64,000 nt of DNA from Malacoraja senta (Eukaryota), in assembly GCA_038087875.1 (NCBI GenBank), contig CM075981.1, positions 1,612,001-1,676,000 on the forward strand, given 5' to 3'. The notes beneath the pieces are model-generated. The model saw nothing but the letters and a program-made list of their open reading frames with translations. It did no database searches and had not been told where the DNA came from. Both the position numbers and the translations under genes were made by a program. Positions within the stretch are counted from its first letter, which is position 1; each line of letters starts with the position of its first letter. This document shows, in pieces, positions 10,701-22,700 of the stretch.

Positions 10701-13700
10701 AGGCAGGAACGGGGTACTGATTGTGGATGATCAGCCATGAACACATTGAATAGCGGTGCTGGCTCGAAGGGCTGTATGGCCTACACCTGCACCTATTGCC
10801 TATGTATCTATGTATCTCTTTATCTATGTCTGTATCTACAGTTCCTTGTGTCTCCACCTCTGATATTGAAAAGCAAGACCAATCAAATATTCAGCAAGAG
10901 AACACTATACCCGTTAGAGTAACTGGGCGCAGTGGTTTCCTGCTGATTGTTATCGGGTGTTACATTTGTATTTGAAGTGAACCCTACTGATGTTAACGAC
11001 TCACGAATAGATTTAGGTTCTGTTGAGATAAGGAAATAAAAGACAATTAAAGATAGACAAAAAAATGCTGGATTAACTCAGCGAGACAGGCAGCATCGCT
11101 GGAGAGAATGAATGGGTAACGTTTCGGGTCTGAGCATGGGTCTCGACCCGAAACGTCAGAGCGAGAGAGTTAGATGGAGCTCTAAAAGATAGCGGCGCTA
11201 TGGGATATGGTGAGAAGGTAGGAACGGGGTACTGATTGTGGATAATCAGCCATGATCATAGTGAATGTCGGTGCTGGCTCGAAGGGCCGAATGGCCTACT
11301 CCTACCACTGTTGTCTCTTATCTCTTGACCAGCTTTATTGTAACCCGTCTGTCCTCCGTTCTCAGTCAGGGCTATGTAAAAGCAGTGGCGGCGGTGAATG
11401 CCTAAACACGGGTCCGGCCCAGTGTCTGTTGAGAGATGAATGTTGGCAGCGTAGCCGGCGGCACCGCCAATGAAATAGCAAAGTGAGGTATTTCTGCAGG
11501 GTGAGAGGCCGGGCACCGCCTGGGATTGTTGAAAGGCAGCTCCTGCAACACTGCCGCGCTCCCTCAGTACCGCACTGCGATCCCAGCCCAGTTTCTGTTC
11601 AGGGATCTGGAGTAGGAAGTGAACCCTAATTGTACTGACCCGGCGACAGAACACTGACACAACAGGTACAATAACAGCACTGGCTGCACTTCAGACCGGA
11701 GACATTGGCCGTGAAGCAATATGACACATCGTGGAACGATTTAAGTTTTCTTTCATGTAATCTTCAAAATGTATCTATTTCCATTAAACAGTTCATTTGC
11801 TCTCCATCTGAAAGTTTCTCCCCTCCATTTCAGCTGCAGTGTGGGGAGAGACGTATGTAAGAGGAGTTGTGGCAAGAGCGATCACAATCGATTGCCACTA
11901 TGCAGCAGAGTACCGCTCACACACAAAATACTGGTGCCGTGTGCAGAGTCGCCAATGTACGGATGTGGTGGACACAAATGGGCAACAAGGACGGAGTGGA
12001 AGAGTGTCAATCACCGATAACCCGGCACGAGGAATATTTACTTTGACTGTGGAGGATCTTCACTCTGGAGATACAGGATGGTACAGGTGTGGAATTACTA
12101 CATCTAACGGCCGTCCAATGTTAAACGTAGAACTCCAAGTATCTGACGGTACGTTTCGCAGCGATTGACTTGTCGTCTCCACTGAAGTGCCTGATCAATG
12201 TATTCTCCGGGAAGGGTCAGGGCAGCACCGATATCCCGAGGCTCGGCAGCAGTGCAGAGACCTGTGGGGAGCGGGCGGGGGTCGGGAAACCGCACTCATT
12301 TTGCTCTCACCCTGTGCGGGGTCTGCCCCATTGAGCGGCCACCCACTTAGAAACATAGAAACATAGAAAATAGGTGCAGGAGGAGGCCATTCGGCCCTTC
12401 GAGCCAGCACCGCCATTCATTGCCATCATGGCTGATCGTCCCCAATCAATAACCTATGCCTGCCTTCTCCCCATATCCCTTGATTACACTACACCCTGGA
12501 GCTCTATCTGACTCTCTCTTAAATCCATCCAGTGATTTGGCCTCCACTGTCCTCTGTGGTAGTGAATGCCACAAATTCACAACTCTCTGGGTGAAAACGT
12601 TTTTTCTCACCTCTGCCTTAAATGGCCTCCCCTTTATTCTAAGACTGTGGCCCCTGGTTCTGGACTCGCCCAACATTGGGAACACTTTTCCTGCATCTAG
12701 CTTGTCTAGTTCTTTTATAATTGTATGTCTTTCTATAAGATCCCCTCTCATCCTTCTAAACTCCAGTGAATACAAGCCTAGTCTTTTCAATCTCTCCTCA
12801 TAAGACAGACCCGCCATCCCAGGGATCAATCCCGTGAACCTATGCTGCACTGCCTCAATCACAAGGATGTCCTTCCACAATTAGGAGACCAAAACTGTAC
12901 GCAATACTCCAGATGTGGTCTTTCCAGAGCCCTATACAACTGCAGAAGAACCTCTCTACTATATTGAAATCCTCTTGTTATGAAGGCCAAAATTCCATTA
13001 GCTTTCTTCACTGCCTGCTGTACCTGCAAGCCAACTTTCAGTGACCAGTGTACAAGGAAACCCAGGTCTCGCTGCGCCACCCCCTTACCTAACCTAACCC
13101 CGTTGTGATAATAATCTGCCGCCTTGTTTTTGCCACCAAAGTGGATAACCTCACATTTATCTATATTATACTTCCACGCATCTGCCCACTCACTCAACCT
13201 GTCCTGGTCACCCTGCAACCTCCTAACATCCTCTTCACAGTTCACACTGCCATCCAGCTTTGTGTCATCCGCAAACTTGCTAGTGTTGCTCCTAATTCCC
13301 TCTTCCAAATCATTAATATATATGGTAAACAGTTGCGGCCCAAACACCGAGCCTTGCGGCACTCCACTCGCCACTGCCTGCCATTCTGAAAAGGACCCGT
13401 TCACTCCTACTCTTTACTTCCTGTCTGCCAACCAATTTTCTATCCACGTCAACACCCTACCCCCAATACCAATCGCTCTAATTTAAGTCACCAGTCTCTC
13501 GGGCGGGTCCTTATCAAAGGGTTTCTGAAAGTCTAGATATCCTACATCCACTGGCACCACTTCATCCATTTTACTTGTCACATCTTCAAAAAATCCAGAA
13601 GATTAGTCAAGCATGATTTTCATAAATCCATGCTGACTTGGACTAATCCTTTTACTGTTATCGAAATGCCCCATTATTACCACTGTAATAATTGACACCA

Positions 13701-16700
13701 GCATCTTTCCCACCACCGAAGTCAGGCTAACTGGTCTATAATTCCCCGTTTTTTCTATCGCTCCTTTTTTGAAAAGTGGAATTTAACTTCTCATTCACTT
13801 CACTTTTCACTTAAAGTGGAATGCTCAGCACATTTCCCTTCCTCTGAACTGTATGAAATGTCACCCTGTCAGAAGTTTGCATTTCGACTCAAACTAATAA
13901 TCCGACAGATCAGTGAGAAACAAGTGTTGCTCGCGGTCTGAATACCCCGGGAGTTTAAAAAATCAGTCCCCAGAGCTCAATAGACTGCGATCAGTCCTCC
14001 CGTGGTAGGCCATCCCGCTTCCCGCCCCCACCTCAGGGATCAGTCATTCCCTCCCAAACCCCGCGCTCTCTCTCTCTCCCTCTGCCCCATCAATGCGCCC
14101 CCATCTCCAGCAGCCACCGTCCACCCACCGCCCGGCAGTCAGCCAACCTCTCCACCCGGACATTTCCCCGGTGTTAAGCAGAATAAACTCATCTTTCACC
14201 CCATCAGCCGTCGCACACAACACATAATCCTCCAACATTTTCGCCACCTCCAACGGGATCCCACTACTAGACACATCTTTCCATCTCCACCGCTATCTGC
14301 TTTCCGAAGAGACCGTTCCTTCCGTAACTCCCTGGTCAACGTCCATCCCCCCCCCCCCCCCCAAAAAAAACCATCCTCTCCCCAAGTACCTTCCCCGACA
14401 ACTGCAGGAGATAGATCACCTGTCTCGATACCTCCTTCCTCTACTCCGTCCAAGGTCTCCAACAATCTTTGCGGGTGAGGATTGACTAGCATCTCCTCCA
14501 AGCTCACCTACTACATCCGCTGTTCCAGGTGTGAACTACTGTATATCGGCGAGACCAAGCGCAGACTCGTCGATCGTTTCGCTGATTAACTCCGCTCAGT
14601 CTGCTTCGGCCGACGCTACTTCCCGATTGCTAAACACTTTAATTCCCCCTCCCATCCCCAAACTCAACTTTCTGTCCTGGACCTCCTCCACTATCCAACG
14701 TAAATAGGAGGAAAAGCACCTGGGAAACTTACAACCCATCGGTTTGAATATTGACTTCTCTAACTTCAAGGAACCCTTGCTTTACTCCTGTCCCCATCCC
14801 GCCACCATCCTAGCTCTCCAGTTAGTTGCACAGTCAAACTGATTTTATTTTACTTATTGTATGCCTCGTTGTCACCTTCCTTCAGCTCACAATGATCCAT
14901 TGTCCATTTTCTTTTCACCTTTGATCACTTGTTTTCACACCTTACCTTTCCATTTATCTTCTGTCTCCCTGTCCCATGATTCTCAGGCTGAAGATGGGTC
15001 TCGACAGGAAACGTCACCCATTCCGTCTTTCGAGAGATGCTGCCTGCTCGTTGCGTTACTCCAGCATTTTGTGTCTATCTTAAAGGGATCGTAATTCGTT
15101 TTCCACAGCAGAGATGGTTAAGTGTGTGTAGACATGTAATGGGGGAAATGGAACTCAGTGCATTGTGGTGCTGGATCTGAAATCACACTTGAATATCTAC
15201 ACAATGTTCGTAGTTTAACCACTGTTGACACATGGTCGAAATACATCCTGACGATAAATGAAAGGCTTAAAATAGCGAATAAATTTGAAGCAGATACTGC
15301 AAGACACCTGGACCGAAGGCGAGAGGTTCCAACGTCATCTGGAAGTTAATTCTACACTTTTAAAATGTGTTTACCAAGGAGGTGGAAGTCAGGATTGTGG
15401 ACTCATTGTGTCAGTTCAAACATTCCCTGCATTTGTCCAACTCAACTCTGTCGCAAACCCAACAATTCCCCGGAGTCTGAGACTGAACCACTGTCCTCGC
15501 TCTATCCACCCACCCCCAACTCTCTCCCATCCTCTCTCGGATCCGTGGCCCAGTCGTGCTGAATTGTCCATGGCGAGCCGGGGTCATTGGGAATAAATCC
15601 TGTCCCAGATGAGCAGCGGGACATTGGGCTCACAATTCAGTTTAGTTTATTATCACGAGTACCGAGGTACAGTGAATCTGGCGATGTGCGTTTTCACGCT
15701 AGTAACGCTCTCCAGTAAGGACCCGCTTTATTGTAACCCGTCCGTACTCAGTCAGGGGGTTGTAAAGGCAGTGGCTGCGGTGAATTTCTAAACACGGGTC
15801 CGGCCCAGTGTCGGTTGAGAGATGAATGTTGGCAGCGCCGAAACTGATATAGCAAAATGGGGTCTTTCTGAAGGGGATAGGCCGGGTATCGCCTGGGATT
15901 GTTGATAGGCAGCCCCTGCAACACTGCCGCGCTCCCTCAGTGCCGCACTGCGATCCCAGCCCACTTTCTGCTGAGGGATCTGGAGTGAGAAGTGAACCCA
16001 AATTGTACTGACCAGGGGACAGAACACTGACACAACTGATACAATAACAGCACTGCCGCACTTCATACCGGATACATTGGTCGTGAAGCAATATGACACA
16101 TCATGGAACGATTATGTTTTTCATGTAATCTTCAAAATGTATCTATTACCATTAAACAGTTCATTTGCTCTCCATCTGAAAGTTTTTCCCCTCCATTTCA
16201 GCTGCAGTATGGGGAGAGAGGAATGTAACAGGTGTTGTGGGAAGAGCGATCACAATCGATTGTCACTATGCAGCAGATTACCGCTCAAACACAAAATACT
16301 GGTGCCGTGGGTGGAGTCGCCAATGTACAGATATGGTGGAAACAAATGGGCAACACGGACGGAGTGGAAGAGTGTCAATCACAGATATATCGGCACTAAG
16401 AATATTTACTGTGACTGTGGAAGATCTTCACTCTGGAGATACAGGATGGTACAGGTGTGGAATCACAGCATCCACCGAACATCCATTGTTTCCCGTATAT
16501 CTCCAGGTATCTGACGGTACGTTTCGCAGCGATTGGCTTCATGTCTCCACTGAAATGCCTGATCCATGTTTTCTCCGGGAAGGGTCAGGGCAGCACCGAT
16601 ATCCCGAGGCTCCGCAGCAGGGCAGAGACCTCCGGGGAGCGGGCGGGGGTCGGGAAACCCCACTCATGTTTGCTCGCACCCAGTGCGGGCTCTGTCCCAC

Positions 16701-19700
16701 TGAGCGGCCACCCACTTCAAGACACTCAACACATTTCCCTGCCTCTGAATTGTATGAAATATCACCCTGTCAGAGGTTTGCATTCCGACAAATTAATAAC
16801 CCGACAGATCAGTGAGAAACAAGTATTGCTCGCCGTCTGAATACCCGGAGAATGATAAACAGGGAATCATTCCACAGAGCTCAACAGACTGCGTTCAGTC
16901 CTCCCGGGGCAGGCCAGCCCGCTTCCCGCCCCCACCTCAGGGATCAGTCACTCCCTCCCCATCCCGCACACTCTCTCTCTCCCTCTGCCCCGTCAATGCG
17001 TCCCCACTGCCAGCAGCCATTGTCCACCCATCGCCCGCCAGCCAGCCAGCCTCTCCTCCCGGACATTTCCCCGGTCGTAAGCAGAATAAACTCATCTTTC
17101 GCCCCATCAGCCGTCGCACACAGCATATAATCCTCCGACATTTGCGCCACCTACAATGGGATGCCACAACTAGCCACATCTTTCTATCTCCATCGCTTTC
17201 TGCGTTCCCTCCGCAACTCCCTGGTCAACTCGTCCTCACCCCCACCCCACTCCCCACCCCCCACCCCCGTCCCGTTACCTTCCCCTACAACTGCGGGAGA
17301 TGCAACACCAGTCACTATATATCCCCCCTCTACTCCGTCCATGGGCCTCAACAGTCTTTTCGGGTGAGGCAGAGGGTTCCTTGCATCTCCTCTAACCTCA
17401 TCTACTCTATCCGCTGTTCCAGATGTGAACAAGCGGATATAGTAGATGGGAGACCAAGCGCAGACTCGGCGATCGTTTCGCTGAACAACTCCGCTCAGTC
17501 TGCCTCGGCCTACGCTACATCCCGATTGCTAAACACTTTTATTCCCCCTCCCATTCCCAAACTGATCTTTCCGTCCTGGACCTCCTCCAGTGTCAGAGTG
17601 AGGCCAAAGGCAAATTGGAAAAACAGCGCCTCATATTTCGCTTGGGCAGCTTACAACCCAGCGGTTTGAATATTGACATCTCTAACTTCAAGTAACCCTT
17701 GCTTTACTCCTTTCCATCCCGCCCCCATCCGAAACCTCCAATTAGATTCACCTGATAATATTTTACTGATTGTATGCCTCGTTGTCACCTTCCCTTCAGC
17801 TGACAATTATTCATTCTACATTTCCCTTTAACATTGTCACCTTTTATCACTTGTTTTAACATCTTACCCTTCCATTTCTCTTCTGTCACCCAGAACATGA
17901 CTGTCAGGCTGGAGAAGGGTCTCGATCCGAAACTTCACCCACTCCTTCTCTCGAGAGATGCTGCCTGCTCCGCTGAGTTCCCCCAGCATTTTGTGTCTCT
18001 CTTAAAGCGATCGTAATTAGTTTTCGCGATTAAATTACAAGGCATTGAATTGTGTTTTTGGCACGCTGGTCTTCATCAGTGAGAACATTCAGAATATAAT
18101 TTGAGATAATATGCTTCAGACGTGCAGATGTTCAGTCCACACTTTGGGAATTGTGTTCAGCTTCAGTCACTCAGCTCCAAGAAAATTTGAGATGGACAGC
18201 GTGCAGAAAGGTTTTTGGGCGACGTTGCTGGACAGGATGGGAATGACGCAGGGAGCGATTGGACAAACTCAGACTTCATTCCTTAGTGTGGAAATGATTG
18301 AGAGAGGAACTTATAGAAATGTATCAATCACGAGAAGCATGTTCATTTTCCCACGATGTGTGGAATCAAAAAGTGGAGGACAGAGGTAATTGGGAACTAT
18401 TTAAAGAGGGAGGAATAGTAAGGTGCAATTGACCGTAATGGCATGTTTTGTACAGATGAGTGGCCGAAGCTGAACACAATTCGCACAAGTTCGACCTCAG
18501 CAACATATGTACAACTGAAACATAACATCCCAACATATGTTCTGAGGGACAACATTTTCCACACATTGGGTAATATGTACATGGAACCTGCTGCCAGGGG
18601 AAGTTGTTGAGGCAGTTAGAATAGCAGCATTTAAAATATATTTTGGATATTTGCGTAGATTGGGATCATTGCGAGTGATAAATGAGAAACGCGGACATAT
18701 GGAAATGTCATAGAAAGACATGTTGGTCGGCATGAATGAGCTGTTGTGATGGGCATCTTTCGGTTCTCTATAACTCTAATCTTCTTCGATTTATGTGCTT
18801 CGCACACTCCCAGAGATGTAGACGAGCCGGTAAGGTATCAACCGGACGGTTCGGGCTGAGATAAAGTGCTGCTGAGATTTAGCAAGTGTTTGGTTTTTAA
18901 CCTTTCATACAGGTGACTGAATGTTTGCTCCATTCCCACAGAACCCTTGTCTGCTCCTGTGCTCAGGTATCTGTCAGCAGCAAATGCCTCACGTCTTGGA
19001 GGCTCAGTGTCAGTGTCCTGTGAGTCTCTCCGTGGATCCCTTCCCATCCATTACACATGGTTTGAGAAGAACGAGCATTGGGTTGCAATGATCTTGAAAG
19101 GCAATCAACTGGATCTGAGTTGTGAAATCCTCAGAGGTGAACACCTTCGATATTACTGCACAGCCTCAAATAATCGTGGGACAAAATCCAGTGAAATAGT
19201 CACGGTGAAAGTCTTCAAAGGAGCAGGAACGTGCAGTTATGTGACCGAAATGAACAATGCAGGTGAGTGTTCCTCTCGTGTCCCTGAACCTGCTGCTATT
19301 CGCCTTGCGGTAATGTTCATGTATTTCTTGTTATTTGCAGACGGCATCATTGCAGCCACCGTGAGCTCATGGTGTAAAATGCGAGAGTTTGTTTGGGGGA
19401 CTGGCAAACAATTGCCCGTAGCTTCCACCATGGAGGTGTTGCGCAATTTCAGCAAAGGAGAGAAAGACATGCACTTGTCACAAAGGGTTGAGTGCACTCC
19501 ATCAAATTTCTGCCTTCTGCCTTAAAAATGCCGCTTGGCTGCCGCTTAAGGTCTCACAGTCTCTTTGAGACATTGAAAGCAACCAAATGCATTCTGTTTG
19601 GATCCGCCATCATTTACAATCAAGGATGTACAATTTCATGATCATGTTCATGATTTTAACTGTTAATTTGTGTTAAACTCCAGTAATATCACTAAATTAA

Positions 19701-22700
19701 ATTGTAATCTACTTGGCCGTCACTCCATCAAGTATAACCCTTACTTTTGTCAAAGAGAATTTTGAAATGAACTCCCAGTAGGCGTGGAGACGTTCAGATT
19801 GGAAGTCCAGAATAGAGTGTGAATGGTTTACATCAGAGACACCAAGCTTATACAATGCCAGCGTTTCTTAAACTATTTCAGTGCCATTCACCCTTGAGTC
19901 TTTATTACAAGATTTAATTCACCCTCCACTAAATATTCTTATGTTTTTTTTGGTTATTATCATCTTATTTTCACTTGTGCATAATTTTATATATAATTTA
20001 TTTTGTCACATGAGCAAAACACATGAATTAACTCATTCACCCCAAAATAATTTCATTCACCCTTGGGTAAACCATTTATCAGTTTAAGAAGCACTGGCCG
20101 AGGCTACAATTTCGCCGAACACTTGTGTTTGGTCTGTCATGACCCAGAGTCGTACTTGATAGACACCCGGTTGATGCAGAGCAGCAGCAGTTTGCACCAT
20201 CTGCACGATGCACTGCAGCAACTCACCAAGACTCCCAAGACATTACCTTCCAATTGCAACAGGCTCCGTGTTCAACGCATCATTCTTCACCATTCACACC
20301 CACATTAGCTGGGAAGCGCTTTGGAACGACGTGCAGATGGTGAGGGACGGTGTACAGTATCTGTCTCTCATCGCAATCTAGGTGGAATTCAACAGAGTTA
20401 AGAAAATCATTGGGCGGACGCCCCTGTATACATTGATGTATACTATAATGTATATGTTTGTGAAAGGCTAATTTTGCTCTTCAATCTATGAAAGAATTTT
20501 CCTTCAGTTTCAGGTGCACTGTGGGCAGAGAGCGAAGTACGAGGGGTTGTGGGAAGCGCGATCTCAATCGATTGTCACTATGCAGCAGTGTACCGCTCAC
20601 ACACAAAATACTGGTGCCCTGGGACAAGTCGCCAGTGTAAACATATCGTGGAAACAAATGGGAAACAAGGACAGAGCGGAAGAGTGTCAATCACAGATAA
20701 CCCGGCACGAGGAATATTTACTGTGACTGTGGAGGATCTTCACTCTGGAGATACAGGATGGTACAGATGTGGAATTATTGCACCTGGCGAACCAACATTT
20801 AAAGTACATCTCCAAGTATCTGAAGGTAGGTTTCTCAGTGAGTGACTTCATGTCTCGACTTTGGCATCTGCATAAAACATTTGTTGGGTCACATATGGGA
20901 GTCTGGTGCACAGTTCTGGTCGCCGCTTTATAAAACAAAAGATGTGAAAGGTTTGGAGAGGTTACAGAAAAATGTCACCGGGATATTTAGTTGTAGGTTA
21001 CAAATGCAACATGGAAATGGATCCTTCGGCCCACCGAGTCCACACCGACTAGCGATCACCGGTCACACTGGTTCTATGTTATTCTACTTTCCCATTCGCT
21101 CCCTACACACAATTCTACAATACCGCCATTCTCACACCTCATTAGTGCAACATTATCACTATCAACAATTTTATACAAGGAAATTAAAAAGTTGTTGATA
21201 ATGATACTGTTGCACTAATGAAGTGTTTGAATTTTGGTATTGTAGATTTGTGGCAGAGTTTCAGATTAAAAGAAGATTAACTGCAGATGCTGGAAATATA
21301 AAACAAAGATAGATGGTGCTGCTGTGTATTGGTACAGTGGCAGACATGGTAGTTCCGGCAGCTGGGAGGATGGAGAGACACAGAGATGTTCAAATCTGAT
21401 AAATTGTGAGGAGAAGGAGCAGAGAAGACTTACAAGGGTGTTGTGATGACTTGAGGGCCTGACATACAGGGAGGGATTGAGCAGATTAGGACTTTATTTC
21501 TTGGAGCGCAGGAGGATGAGGGATGATCTCATGGCAGGTAAAAAATCATGCGAGGAATAGATCGAGTTAATACACAGAGTCTTTTGCTCAGAGTAGGGGA
21601 ATCGAGAACCGGAGGACATGGTTTTAATATGAGGAGGGAATGATTTAACAGGAACCTGGGGAGTAACGTATTTTACACAAAGGTTGGTAGGCACATGAAA
21701 CGAACTGCCGACAGAAGTAGTTATGGCAGGTACTATCGTAACATTTAATAAAATATTGGACAGGTACATGAATATGATATGTTTAGTGGGTTAAGGGCCA
21801 AGAAAGGGCAGGTGGAACTCGTGTAGATTGGGCGTGGTGGTCAGCGCAGGCAAGTTAGACCGAAGGGCCTGTTTCTATGCTGTATGACTATGATTCTATG
21901 TAGATGGATGGGTCAGATTCCAACCTGGCGGCTCTGGCTAAGATACAGAGATGGTGGATATTGGCGAGTGGTTGATTTTCAGATGTTCAACCAGTGTCTG
22001 ACAGTTTGCTCCTTACCCACAGAACTCGTGTCTGTTCCTGTGCTTGGATTCCTGTCACCAGTCAATGACTCCTGTCTCGGGGGCTCAGTGACAGTGTCCT
22101 GTGAGGCGGTCAGTGGATCACCGCCCATTAGCTACAGCTGGTATGAAAAGACCCTATCTGTGGATTCAAAGATCTCAGACCAAAATGCCTTGGATCTACA
22201 TTGTCAATCCTTCAAACACCAGCACCATCAATATTACTGCACAGCCTCCAATATTAATGGAACAAAATCCAGTGAAATGGTCAACGTGTCCATCTCCAGC
22301 AGTGACGTACCCTGTAGTTTTCTAGTGAAAATCAACGGCACTGGTAAGTAGTGGAGGGAATGAGGAGAAGAAGGGGAAGTGGGGTGGGGCGGTTTATATG
22401 ATCACAAGTGATAGAAGCAGAAATAGACCATTCAATCATGGCTGATCTATCTTCACCTCTTCATCCCATTCTCCTGTCTTCTCCACATAATCCCCGACAC
22501 CCTGAAATCCATGCACGTTAATTAATGAACATCAATATTAAAATGATAGAATTATGGCCCATTTGTCAATACTTGGTTGCTGGGCTCCAGGAATAGATTC
22601 CCCAGTGCTGGTGTAGGGCAGATTCCTGGCTAGAACCTCCTCTTATGTTTACACAGTTTTAAACTAGGTTTGCAGTTACATCATTCCAAGCACTTTCACT

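Noticed and set aside
16812-17669. 285-aa ORF and similar ORFs at 14002-14478 and 53004-53483
   Set aside because: They drift between frames of decayed Penelope sequence; not host genes.
9332-20825. V exons as rearranging Ig/TCR variable segments
   Set aside because: Each exon already contains the G strand and ends in a GT splice donor. No RSS heptamer/nonamer follows, and the KYWC/four-Cys pattern is CD300/pIgR-like.
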